64,000 nucleotides of DNA from Bilabrum cf. latius. Its lineage: Eukaryota. The translations under genes were made by a program, and so were the position numbers. The stretch covers positions 62,001 to 126,000 of the forward strand of contig OZ237738.1 in the NCBI GenBank assembly GCA_965178125.1. Reading direction: 5' to 3'. The notes beneath the pieces were generated by a model, which saw only the letters and a list, made by a program, of their open reading frames with translations, did no database searches and was not told the DNA's origin. Of the stretch, positions 37,461-50,397 are shown in pieces (the stretch's first letter is position 1; each line of letters opens with the position of its first letter).

Positions 37461-40400
37461 TCACACTCCGTCCTGCAAGAGCAGGCTTTCGACATCGCGG
37501 CGGATCTGCTGACCGAAGCGGAAGCAGTTGACCGCTGGAAGCCCCGATACCTTGACAATTGCGTCGAAATCCGGCACTGGGTCTGGTGCAAATCGAGGCA
37601 TCTCATTCAGGCAGATGGCTTGCCCTAGGATCTTGCGTCCAACTTTGACGTACAGGATGCGGCGGCCAAGCAGACAATGCTCTCGGTGCAGGCCGACGTT
37701 CCTGGGCCAGCCGCCGTGCACAGCCGCCACTTCGGGGTAGAACCACAACCGCTGCCCGATGACCCAGGTCGCGCCATTCTTGTCGCGGCATACTGCGAGT
37801 ACGGTCAGCACGATTGGCGGCCCACCGTCTCCATCTCCGACAACAACAGCGTCTCGCATGGACCTCCACAGCTCGCCCCGGAAGGCCGCCCGCCCGAAGC
37901 CGCCCCGCAGCTCGGCCAGCTCCTTGCTCAGCATGCCCGAAGCCACTGCAACGTTGAGACCACTACCTCCGTGCCCATCCACGCGCATATCTCGCAGGCA
38001 CAGGCCTGGGTAGAAGGACACTGGCGGCTGCGGCAGTGGCAGCAAGCGGTACTGCCGGCAGGACTGGCAAGTGTCAGACGGGCACATCCATTGGTGTTTG
38101 CTGCACGCCGGCAGGTCGATCCGGTTGTCTGGCTTGAAGGGAGGAGTGGGAAACTCCTGGCCCAGGAAACTGACCGACATCCACCTGGGCACCCCATGGC
38201 TCCGTGCTGCGGGAGAGGGAGAGGCAGAGGCAGCCTGGTGGAATGGCGCCGCCGGCTGCATCGATCCACCGACTCTCGAGAAATCCAGACCGTGAGCCTC
38301 GCCCTCCACTCGCCAATGCTGCTACCTGAGACGTGCATCTGATCTCTCTTTCTTGTACTGCTCGTAGAAGGACGACGCACCCTCGTCCCGCGATGGGTCT
38401 AGTGCTGCATGACCTGCGCCACCCTCGCCGGTCTGCAGCAGCTGGCCAGAGCGGATGCCCCTTGCACTACGCTCCGCGCGAGCCGCAAGCGCGCCTAGCC
38501 CGGCTGTCTTGGCATGCAGCTGCTCCAGCTCTAGTCCGGGCGTGAACACGGCGACATCCATTAGCGAAGACTCCGGCTTCTCTGCCCCCTCTTTGCTTGA
38601 GCCATGGCCAGCCGCCGCACCCTGGTGCACAGCCGGGAGACCCACGCTAGAGCCTGCTGACATGCGTGACAAGCTTGCAACGGTGTCTACCAGACGAGAA
38701 GTGGCGCTCACATAGCCACGGTTGCGTTCTCCTGGCCCCTAGTGCCCACAGGGCGGGTCCCTCGGCTCGTCGGGCATTAGCCGTGGCAGTCGCTTGGGCA
38801 TCATTAGGCTCACTGCCGAATCCGAACCGATGCTGGGTTTTTGCATGGCATAGCTCATCCTCGCCTGTGTCTGACGCAATGAAGCTCTCTGCACGAACCC
38901 CAACGACCGCAGGATCGTCTCTAGTCTATCGGCAGCATCGCCGCACGGCTGCAGCATCCTGTGCACCTTGGCCCGAAGGCCCGAAGGCATGTCGAGATGG
39001 TCGGGTACTGCGCCTGTCCTCACCGCCGTGACCACCGCAGCCCAGTGCTTCTCGAAGAATGCGTTGTAGTGCATCAGCATCTGAATCACCTCCTGGGGGG
39101 GAGACCTGTGCACGAGCTCGCCCCCGCCCTTGGCCAGCCTCAGGGCCAGAGTGGCCACCAGCGAGCCCTCGTCTTGCACCAGGCTAAAGTCGCCGTCTAG
39201 GACTGCCACGGTGCCGCCAGATCGGCGCTATGGTCCAACACCTGCAAGGATTGCAGTGGGTTTGCTCTGCTTGGCCTAGTCCTTGCACATGGTCATCACG
39301 TCGGTGGTGATCCTGGTGAGCGCCTGGTTGTACTGGACCGTCGAGCTGGTGGCCGCTTGATCCTCCAGGGAGTCTACTGTGTCAGCAGCGTGACTATTCC
39401 GCCGCTTGTCTCTCCTTAAGAGTGCCTACTCTGCCACTTTCCTGCTCTCGTCATCCAGCGCCCCCAGCATGGCGGTGCCGTACGGGTCCAGCCGAGCCTC
39501 AACTCTCCTGGTTGACGAAGATGCATTGCCTGCTGAAATCGGCGCGATGCTTCCTTGGCCTGCCTCTCCACGCCGAGCTGTTTCTCCAACAATATTCACA
39601 TCCCCGTTAGATATCGCCAGTGCGCCGTTCACCACCCGCTGGTAGTCTTTCCGGTCGTGCTTCCATGCGGCTGGGGAGCCCTTTTTACCCATGTGCCTCA
39701 CCCGTCGACATGTCTGGCCGGCCAGCTTGCCGCTCTCCATCTCGGCCAGCTGAAGATAGCTCTTCATTGCCTTGCTGCGCTGGCGGAGGGTTTGCAGCCG
39801 ATCCCGCTTGGATGCGCCAATCTCCAGAGCGTCAGGCTCGCACGCTTCAAGGGCCACCTGGCCCACCCCTGGCACGTCTACCACGGCCTCGGTCTCTTCG
39901 ATCGGATCCTTGGTACGCCCTGAATCTCGTTTATACATGTCGGCTCCGGCTACCCATGGCTGCGGTTGGGGCAGTGTCCCGTCACGTGTGAGCTCGAGGA
40001 CCGGGTGCAGGAAGTGTCCCTCCTCCGGCCGGATCCGGGGCCTCTGCCCGTTGAGCCGGCCCCCCACTCTGGACTCGCCCACCAGGAACCGGATGAGTCC
40101 CTGGTCTCGGCTCGTGTCGTCAAACAGCCAGCGCACCAGCTCGTGCCAGTTGGACCGGTCCGTCCTGACCTCGTGGTGCTTCTTCTGCAGCGCGCTGGCC
40201 GTTTTAGCTGGGATCCCGCACTGCCGGAGCACGCGGCGGAAGGCGGTAGGATGCAGCAGTCCAGTGTTGGCGGGCTCTGCAGCTGCCAGTGTGACCGCCA
40301 CATCTACCAGCGCCACCTCGATTTCGTCCTCCTTGGACAGCAGGTCACCCCGGACCAGCTGCTTGCTCGCTCCCGGCCAAGTGGAGCAGTCCTCCTGTTT

Positions 40401-42171
40401 GCCTGTTGCATGAAACATGCCGCCCCCTGCCTTGGCAATCGCCTCCCGTTTCAATGCCTTTGCCGCTTCCCCAGGACTCTGCAGCCCGAGCTCTGTCCTG
40501 ATCTTGCCCACGGGAATGCTGGCGTCCAGCCACCTCCACACCTCTCCGTTCCTCCTCCTCGCCCGCTTGGCTTTCGCTCTGCCTAGAAACCCGCGGCACG
40601 CTGCCTAAATGCGGACTATCTTGGCACGATACAGGTGGATTACACTGCTTGCAAGTCGCTTGTGCGTCTATTTTCTCCACCACCTTTGCAGCTCCGTCGC
40701 AGTCTTTGCTTGGCTCTCCTTCTTCTTGAGCTCCTCGAGGACTGCATCCTTGTGCAATCGCCCCAGCCACTGGCGGACGGCCTTCTGCATGACCCGGGCT
40801 GCCATCTTGCGGCGGGCGTCTAGCAGCCGCAACTTGCGGTACCTGTGCCTGGCCAACCAGCCCAGGATCACGTTCGACACCATGATGCGGGAGCGCGCCT
40901 CTGCCAGCCCAACGATCCTAGCGCGGAGCCTCTGCCGCATCGTAACGAACGTCTACATCAGCCACCGCCTGCGGATCCACCTCTGGATGCGCATGGCCGC
41001 TCGCTTCACTTTGATTTCGTACTCTGCTCTCCTCCTCCACCTGGCGTACCTCCAGTTGCGCTGCACCACGCGCACGGCCAGCTGCCTGGCCAGCCGGAGG
41101 GCACGCATCTCCTCGATGACCCGCTTGCCGCGGTACACCAGCTGCAGCCGGCGCACGGCCCTGTCTCTCTCCGCTGCATCCTGCTCCCTCCTGTACCTGA
41201 GGTATGCCCTCCTCACGCCCAGCATCCGGAAAGTGGCCTGCGCCCTCGTGATCCCGCGCAGCACCTTGCCACGTAGCATGCCCGTCTCCACCATGCCGCG
41301 GGTCACCCACTGGCCGATGCGGTCGAAGACGTCCTGCTCCAGCTCCAAGTCTGCCAGGCTGGGGTCGTCGTATCCCTCCGCTCTCGCCCTCTGCAGCCCG
41401 GGCTGGGCCTGGTACGGGTCACCACCCCCCGCCTTCGGGCGCAGTGGGTGCTTGCTGCTCGTATACATGCCCACCACGACCCCCTCGACGTGCAGTGGGT
41501 CTTCGATTTCATCGGGAGGCTTACCATACTTCGCGATGTAGTGCATGGAGCAGAGCCCGTCCTGGTTAATGGGGTCAACCTTGGCGGGCTTCCCGGCGTG
41601 CTCTTCGGCGCAAGCGTCGCAGTGCCAGCCGCACCGGAACAGCAGTTTCCCTGTGACCGGGCTTCGGATGCATCGATTGTTGCATAGAAGCAGCATCCCG
41701 CTAGCAGCTTTATGCTTCCAGCCACAAATCGCCCTTGAGCGAGGCACCGGTCGCGGTTGCTCCAACACATGCTCAGCGATGTCCTGCTGCACGATTCGTT
41801 CCAGACGGCGGCGATCTATTGACTGGTGATAGTCCCACTCCCCAGCTTTTCGTTTTATCTATGAAATGGCATGAAGGTCCTTGATTTCCATCTATTGCTC
41901 GGATAACAGCTCTCTGCGGACGGCTTGAGGTCTAGGAACGTTTGAGTTGTGCCAGTGGTGCAGCCGGATGGTACGCGGCTTCATGCTACCCACCCAGTGG
42001 CTCTTACCCTAGCGTTTTCTTGTCATCCTCTGCAGTTTTTAATTTGGGAGGCCCCACTTCTTCGGCTTTGCTACCTCTCGTTCGACGCGATCGCTTGGAG
42101 GTCGAAGTTGTCCCCACAGATGCTACAGAACTCGATGGGGATACAGGACCGGAATAGTCTGAAACACTCAT
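37461..42171 (-). CDS. Large IQ-motif (calmodulin-binding) protein with Cys-rich segments, ~1,544 aa, 2 exons (42171-42008, 41931-37461)
   Basis: Same-frame pieces joined by ~10 TAGs. IQ-like motifs RIQRWIRR, VVQRNWR, LQRWWRK and RI*AACRGFLGR. GT..AG intron at 41932-42007. TGA stop. Confidence 0.75.
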
Positions 42172-42392
42172 CTTTGTTGTGTTATTGCTTTAGTCCATGG
42201 TAGTGTATCGGAGTGGAGAATTAAGATGAGCTGAGCATCCAGTAGCGAGCCATCCGGAGCAGAGCGAGAAGCAACAACGGACACTTTCAGTGAAAAGAAC
42301 TGGATAGCACGACCGCTCGAAGTTTTGTTTTAATCTTACTTAGGCAGTACCATCAACGCCTTGTGTTCGAGTCTCTCGTCGTTGTTGATGCT

Positions 42393-43481
42393 ATGAGGCG
42401 CCCAGCCCTAACTGCGCTGGCTATCATAGTATCGGTATCCTGTTGCAGCAGTCAGAAAAGATTAGAGTCGGTCGCATCTGCCCGAGCAGGATTACTTGGT
42501 CCAGGATAGATACACCACGAGCTGCTGCTCCAAGGCTCGGCCCAAGAGATGGACTCTGTGGAAGCCCGGAGCGCACATCAGATTATTCCAGGGCTAAACC
42601 AAATTTTGGAGCTGTGCATGAAGCTGCTGCTGCCGCCGGTGTTCGATCCATTCCTAGAGAAGTTTCAGGATCACCTTGGCCACGTTCTTGGCGAGGAATT
42701 TGCCAGAGACGTGGCGAACACCGTGCCGCAGGACGCCGCCCGGAAACTGGAATCTACGCTATCCACGAATCTGGCTGCAATGCTTCCAGATGGAGTCGTG
42801 GCAGCATTGTAGGATGATGCCACGGAGCGAATTGCCCGCATTGTTGACGAGGATGCAAGTCCGCATCTCGAGGCAGACATCGTGCAGATGTCCACAAGCG
42901 TGATTGCGGACAGGACGGCTGCACTTCTCAGCAAGCGCTTGCCCAAAACTCTAGGCGTGTCTATCGAACGAGCTTTGGGCCCACCCCTTACAGAATCCCT
43001 GACGAAATCGCTCACAGCATCGCTGGCAGGGACCCTGGGGGCCTCCATGCGCAGCCAGCTGCGAGGCTCGAGCTCAGGCTCGCCGCAGGGCCTCGCGGGT
43101 GCCAATGGAGAGGGCGTGCTGCGGCTTGGTGCATTCACGCAGGAGTGCAGCATGTGTATCAACCGCACCGAGCCAGTGTCCCCGCGGTCCCCAGGGGGAG
43201 GAGGAGGCATCACTGCCGGAAGGAGCGATGGGACGGCGGCACTGGGGATGGCGTGCGCAGCTTGCGCCCGGTAGGAGCAGCAGGTGCTCGGGTGGCTGTA
43301 CGGCAGGTACTTTGGGGCGTACTTTGCCCAGTACTACGCGCACTACTACTCTGAATCACTGCAGGCAGCTGACCTGCGACAGCATCCGCGCGAGCAGCAG
43401 CAGCAGGAGGAGGCGGAGAGGACGGGGCCGGGCTCCCAGAGGCCAATGACTGCGGCGGGGACCGTGACTGACTTCGGGTGA
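42393..43481 (+). CDS. Secreted hypothetical protein with helical repeats, CxxC pairs and a Tyr-rich C-terminal motif, ~362 aa
   Basis: Signal-like MRRPALTALAIIVSVSCCS and YGRYFGAYFAQYYAHYYSE. TAGs 42507, 42810, 43272. TGA stop. Confidence 0.65.
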
Positions 43482-43629
43482 CACAACCGCACTGATCAAA
43501 TTCTTTAGCCAACGTGAACAATATTTCTATGCAACTGGCCCAATCTAGCCTCAAAAAAGTAGCGGCAAGCCGCACCGCCAGGCAGGCAGGCAGGCCACGC
43601 GACTCATTGCAATGTGCCAGCACCACCCA

Positions 43630-46600
43630 TTACATGGTGCTGCCCTCTCCCGTGCTCCAGATGGACGTGAGCCACACCTGCTTGCGCACGCCCGCCGCCC
43701 CCCCTCTCATCTTGAGCTCCCTGCGCTGCTCCTCGAGACTCTTCCCGTCCATCACCTCGGGCCGCCTCGGCAGGTCGAACCGCTGGTGCACGAGCTCCTG
43801 GAAGAAAGAACTCATCTCGCCGGGCTGCATGACCTGGAGCAGCAGCGCGCGCGCGTGCCTCCTCAGGTCCCTCGTCTTGGGCGTCAGCCCCGGGCCCATG
43901 ACCTCGCTCATCTGGCCCCGCAGCAGGAAATCGGCGGCCTCGTGGAAGGACGATGTGCCCGCGAGCAGCTTCTCCACGTTGCGACGCAGGGCCATCCTCT
44001 GCACTGGGTCCCGCAGGGGCAGCTACGGCCTGCCCACGGGCGAGGAACGCAGCATCGTCTGCATCACCATCCCGTCTCCAAAGGGGTGCTCCAGCTGGAC
44101 GTACCAGCCCACAGGCACCACAAGGGTCTCGCCGGGCCGCACGGTGCAGCACGCGAACTAGGCGTACCTGTGGCGCGGGTATCGCCACATGTTGGGGGCG
44201 CGAATGTCCACCTGGGCATACCTGTCCATGGGATGCGCCACGGGGAAAGGGTACATGCGGCCCCAATGGTGCGGCGGTGCCATGATCGCGTGCACGGATC
44301 CCCTTATGCAGGTGAACAGGTGCGAGGACTCGTCGTACTCGATGGGGTGGATCACACCCCTCTGCCCGATGATGAGAGACTGCGAGACCACGCCGCCGAG
44401 GAAGAGCCTTCTCTCGAGCTGCTTGATGAAGGACCAGTCGCACCCGAACAGTTCGTGCAGGCTCTGCTTGCCCATTCCCGTGAAGAGAGTTTGTCTCAGA
44501 CAAAGCTTGCGCTCACCTTCGCCAACCACTGGCTGCCAATCCATCCCCTGCATCGCTGGGGACTCTCGTAGCTTGAGAGACACTTCACCAGCCATGCGGA
44601 TCATCTCGTTGGCAACCACCAGCACGTGACCGGTGGCCTTCTGCCTGGCATCGCTTGCATCCCCCGACCCTGACTCCGATTTGACTTTGTCTCTGCCAGC
44701 ACGTGCATCATACTTGCCCCTCTCTGTTGCCTCTGCTGACTTGGAGCCAGCTCCTGTGGAGGCAGACATCGAAGCGGCCAGCAGCTGCCCGGGCGTCGGC
44801 CCAGCGGATGCTTTCTTTGCCAGTATCTTCTCCTTTTCCTTCTCCTTCTTGGCAGCCTTGGAGCGGCGCCCACGACGGCCTCGTCGCCCTCCAGACGCCA
44901 CCATCTTGGTCGTCTGGGATGGAGCCGTATCCGGCTTGCCTTGGGTGATGGCGCGCCGCTAGGCGGAAGTTCCAATTCCTTGTCCTCCTTTCGTCGCCTG
45001 GAATGCGTCTGTCTCGCTCTCGAGCGTCATGGGTCCGTCGGAAAAGGGTTCCTGCGCTGGCAGCGAGGCCGGCATGGGGCAGTAGTGCACCGACTGCTCC
45101 GCTCGTTCCTTCTGCTCGTCCTGCCAGCGCCTCCAGGTCGGCGCATCGGGGATGCTGCCTGCTTGGGCCAGCGCGGCAGTCGCTCGGCGGTGATCCACTG
45201 CATGCTCCATATCGTCGTTACGATCCCCTGCAGGCTGGCTGCCGGACGAAGTGTCGAACGACTCGGGCGGGATTTCTTGAAACGGGGCTCTAGCGGGAGT
45301 CTCGCGCTTGGTGGCGGATGCGAGCTTTACAAAAAACTCCGCGATGGGCATGTCACAGGGCACCGTACCCGCATCGTGCACATAGCCCACCATGTTGGCA
45401 GCGTGCTGCACGAACACCCGCGGGGAGCCTTCGTACACCCGGAACAGAGACCGGATCCCAGCTGCCTCCGTCAGAGCCGCGGGGCTGGACCAGCGCTCTA
45501 CGAGGGGCTGCATGAAGTTCGTGTCTGTGAGGACGGCAGGGCGGTTATGGAAGATCCATTCGTATGACTGGGTGTCGTAGGCGGACAGCCGTGGCACAGC
45601 CCTCTCGCAGAGTCTGCCGTGCACCGTGTCCCAGTCCATGCCCCGCTCCTCGGTGGGCGCGATGCCGTAGTACTTGCGCCTGGTCAGGGTCTCCTGCAAG
45701 TCGCGGTCCTTCGCAGCATCTGTAGCTCCTTCACCGGCTGCCTTCTCGCCCCTTCCAGGCTCCTTCGACTTCCCAGCGGCATCACCTGCAGACTTTGCTT
45801 CTGCGGCTTTGCTTGTAGAGTCTGCACACACGTCCCCCTAATCAGGCTTATCGGCTCGGCTTGCCTTGCTTTCAGTGCCAGCATTATCAGGGCTCTTGTA
45901 CACTGCGTCCGCGTCTCCTAATGCGGGCAGACGACCCCTGGAGCACTCTGCTTCGAGCAGCATGGATGTGGGCCGGAACACGGGCGCAGACAATCGGTAC
46001 CCGTTGACCTATCGAGTCACCACCATGCCTTGGTCCTTGCCCGTCCACAGGAACATGTCGCTCTCGGGGCCATCGGTGGGCCGAATCAGGCTGCAGTCCT
46101 CGGCCACCCCGCAGGCAAGCCCACGCCTGACCAGGTCCTTGGCGAGAGGAGACCGGCGACGGGCCTCTTGGATGCAGATGAATTGCTCCATGTCCTACCG
46201 GTGCTGCCGCAGCACCGTCGGCACATCCTCTCCGAACCGATGCAGCCGCTGCTCCGCCCAGGCCTCGTCGAGCTAGCCCGGATCTGCAGCAAACGAGAAG
46301 GCGTACCAGGGCAAGTGCAGGGTCTCCGTGGGCAAGAACCCGCTCTGCAGCTTGAGCCTTGAGAGGATCCTAGTCATGCAGTTGTGATGATGCATGAAGA
46401 GCTCTGCTGCCAGTGCCCGTCGAAACTTGCGCTGCAGGTCCGGTGAGATTCCCAGCAAGGAGCCAGGGAGTGGCGAGGTCGGGTCAATCTGAATAGAAGC
46501 CGCACTTACTGCCTGCTTCAAGGACGCGGCCTGTGCTTTGGTCGATTTCACGAGAGCAGTGGAATGAGATGGCTCGGAGGCCCCAGCAGCAGACGGCACG

Positions 46601-49248
46601 GATGCAGCGGCTGACTCGGCGCGGGATGCGCTGGCAGCCAGACCCGACTTGCCTGGACCTGCTCCTGCTCCCGCCTTGTCCCCTTTCGCACTAACCCCCT
46701 CATCGGATGCATCGATTTCACCGCCTTCATCGCTCACCTCTTTCGAACCACCAGCAGCCGCACCCTGGTGCGACTCCGCTGTGTCCTCGGTGGTCAGGAT
46801 CGTGTAGTCGGTGGGCCGGCTGGCCCGTGCCACCAGCCCACGGAAGAGAGAGAGGAAGATGGACCGCACGGGGTACACGGCCTCCAGAGAGTCCAACGGG
46901 TCGTTCCCTTGCTCGCGTTCTTTCTCTCCGCTGCTTGGATCACCCCGAGACGAAACACCAGCGGAATCATGCTGGGGCGCAATGGACGCGGGCCGTGCAT
47001 GGCTGCCGGTCAATCGATCTTGTGCACTTGCAGCAACCCCAGCCTTCTAGCCCCGCAGCGCCTTTGCCCGCATGATAAACAATCGCGTGGCCTTCTAGAT
47101 TCCAGCCGCGTGTTCAACTGCCCTGGGCTCTCCGATCCACGCCATGGCCCGGAAGAGCTCCAGCTGCCAAGGGGCTGCAGGGCCAGTGGGACTGTCTGAG
47201 TCAGCCCCAGAGACTGCGTCAGCAGTGGACGTGTGGCCGCCTTCCTTGTCCGTTGCTGCCTCCACGCTCCTGCTCGCAACCCGCAGCAGATCCGGGAGTG
47301 CCTCAGCATACGCTCGGTGCACCAGCATCGGTCCGAACTCGGCGTCGTACCACGATACCAGCGCGATGGCATGCCTGGCCATGCGAGAGGGAATCGCGTT
47401 GCACCACACCTCCGCAGCCACCCGCAGCCCAACTGGAACCCTGTTCGTCTGCATGAGTCCGGCGTAGACCGCGTCTAGAGCACGCACCAACGGAGAATCT
47501 CGTTTGAGATGGCCAGGCTTCACGTCGATCGCAGTGATGGGCAGCTGCAGCAGCCTCTCTGCAGATACCTCAAGGCAATCGGACTGCCACACAGGCTCAG
47601 GGAGGTTCAGCTCCAGGGCCACGTGGGTCGTGCTGCCACTCGCAGCTCCTCCACCTCCACCGCTAGCCCCTGCCGCGCCCAGCAAGCTCCGCCCCATCGC
47701 TTTGGCGGCGCCTGCCAGGGCCGCGGCTCCTAACTGACTCTTTCCCTTTGACTTCCCCTTGCTCTTGCCCGCTGCAGCAAACTCCTTGCTGAACTGCGCT
47801 GCCGCCGCCAGGTTCTCCTCCCGCTCGATCTCCCGAGAGTCACGCAGCCTCTCTGGGTCCTGGGCGGGGTTCCGAGGGAGCGGAGGCGGGGCTTGCTGCG
47901 GCCCGTAGGCGACCGGAAACCGCCGGAAACCTTCCTACTGCGGGATGCATTTCGGGCATGCGCGCGGCCCTGCCGATGCCCCCTGTCCCTGGCCCTATCC
48001 CTGGCCCGGGGCAGGCATGGTCCTGAGGTAGTGGTCCAGACACATGGCAAAAGTTAGGGCCCGGCCCGCCTCGCAAACCTCTTCGATCGCGGCTGGCAGC
48101 TGAGGGCTCTCTGCTTCCTCTCTGAGCTGGGCCAGAGGGGGCAGGGTGAGGGCAACTGAGCTAGCTGCTGGTGCTGGTGCTGGTGCTGGGGCTGGTGCTG
48201 ATGCTGATTCACCTGGCTGGTGGCTAGACGTGGACGTGGCTGCATCGTCCATGCCAGCCGGGTCCTTCCCTGCCGCTGCAACGTGCGCGATGGTTTGCTG
48301 CGCGACCCTCACTGCGTCCAAGTTCCTCTAGCTCGCTCTGTCGGTCGCGGCTGCCATTGCCTACCGAGCTGCCTCCAGCACTGCCGCCCGGCTGCCCTGG
48401 GAGGCCTCCACGAGCCGCTGCAGGGCCAGTCGGACACCAATGCGCTGGCGAGCACCCTTAGCCCGGGAGGAGTGCCATGCGGCCATGCGCTGCAATAGCC
48501 GAGCCGCGGCACGGGCCAGCGGGTCTGGCTGCACCGGGAGGAACCGCCAACGCAGCACCTCGTTGATCTGAGTGAGCCTCTCGGTGATTTCGTCCGTGCC
48601 AGTCTCTCCCGACGCTATTGATTCAAGAAGTTGGTCCATCCCAGTTATGAGCATCGTAATGTTCTTCACGCACGCCACAAACTGCGGGGTCTGGCACCAT
48701 GGACGAATGCCGTAGTCTATCCTCGCTTCACCGACTGGAATACCAGAGTTGTGCCCGTCTATGCTACCGAACTCCGCCGCACACAGGTGAGGTTTATACA
48801 ATGTTTTAGCGATGCCGCAGCACACCGCTTTCTTGGAGAGCGATAGCAGCTTGCAGGTTTGCTCTGGCACTCCAGGTAGTTTGCACCATTCCATAACAGT
48901 GTCCCGGGCGAGAAGCGAATGTTCAAGCAATCCACTCCAAAGCTCAGTTTCAGCCCAGTAACGGGTAGTCTCTAACTCCATTGCTCCAAATGTTGGCTCG
49001 ATGACCAGCTCGCCTTGTCGTCCAACACTATTGGGCTGCTCAAGGCCTCTTGATAGTAGCAGCCCTGCGATCTGCTCCCCGACCACATGGCAATCGTCAG
49101 AAGAAGTTTCGCATCCAATAACACACTTTGCTACAGTCTGAGCTATGCAAGCTTGCGCAGCGGCGCTGAAGGATGGCTTCCCTCTTTGCTAGTGCAGCGC
49201 ATCGACAATGGCAGTTAGCCCGCTTCTCAAGCCAGATCCAGCTGCCAT
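43630..49248 (-). CDS. Large intronless protein (~1,872 aa) with a C-terminal FIH/HIF1AN-like JmjC domain with degenerate metal ligands
   Basis: One frame from ATG 49248 to TAA 43630 with ~14 TAGs. RPAVLTDTNF, LIIGQRGVIHPIEYDE, MYPFPVAHPMDRYAQVD, TVRPGETLVVPVGWY, QRMALRRNVEKLL. Confidence 0.8.
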
Positions 49249-49521
49249 CAATTATAAACGTGAGCAAAATGTACAATCGAATTTAAGTTAGGAACAGGTA
49301 GCACGCAGACGGTGCACTCAACATTATTGATCCACACGTAGTGTGTGACGAGCGTGTGGGCCGGGCAGGCAGTTTTGGATAGATTCGCGCACCGTTGGCC
49401 TGCAAGGCTACTAAGTTGATTGAAAGTTGTACGGAGACAATGGTACGACAATAGTAGCGGTAGGCACAAAGGTCTTGAGACCGAAAAAGACAGACACACC
49501 GTACAGCAAGGCAGAGCCGGT

Positions 49522-50351
49522 TCAGCCATTCCAGCCGACGTCAGCATTTACGTTCATCCAGTAAGCGGGATTCACCCAAGCCCCTGCTTGGCCCTGCTGT
49601 GCCCTGGCAGGGTCGCATAGACTCGCATCCGGGAAGCGCATGCACACCTGAGAAACCCGCACTGATACTGCGCGGGTATCGAGGGACTCTGTGTCGCCGG
49701 CTTGTGCCCCAGCTTGTACGCTAGACCCCCTAACAGCCCCCCGCAGCAGGGGCGAGGGCCCGTGACCCACCCCCTCCTCGCCATCCTCAGCAGACCCCCC
49801 TGCAAGTCCCCTATCTCCCGGTCCCCAGTGCCCCACCCACCGGCCCGTGTGGAACCCGCCCCAGCCCTCACCCAAATAGCCAGCCAGTGCGCCGCAGCCG
49901 TCCACCGAATCGCCAGCCCCAGCCCCAGCCCCATCACCCACCTGCATCGCACGAAGGTGCGCCCACTCCTGCGCCGCCTCCCTCGCCAACATGCACTCAG
50001 CCAGCACCTCGTCCTCGCCCACCCCGTGGCCAGCACTGAGCCCCCCACGGATGGCGGAGGCCTCCCCCGCGATCACGATGCAGAAGCCCCTGCCCCTGTC
50101 CAGCATGCACACCGCCAGTGGGGCGCTCCCATCGACTGTTCCGGCCTCGCCGGAGGCATCGCTGTCCCTGCCTGCAACCCAGTTCACCCTTGGACACATG
50201 CCCACCTGCACCTGCGCCAACCCCGGCGCAACACGGCCCGGTGCTGCGGCCCCATGACCATCAAGCCGTGAGAGTGAGGAGCTCGCGCACTCTTCGCCCA
50301 GCAGGCCACCTGCCGGCTGGAATCGATACACCGTGCGGTCTCGATGCACGA

Positions 50352-50397
<46 letters not shown>

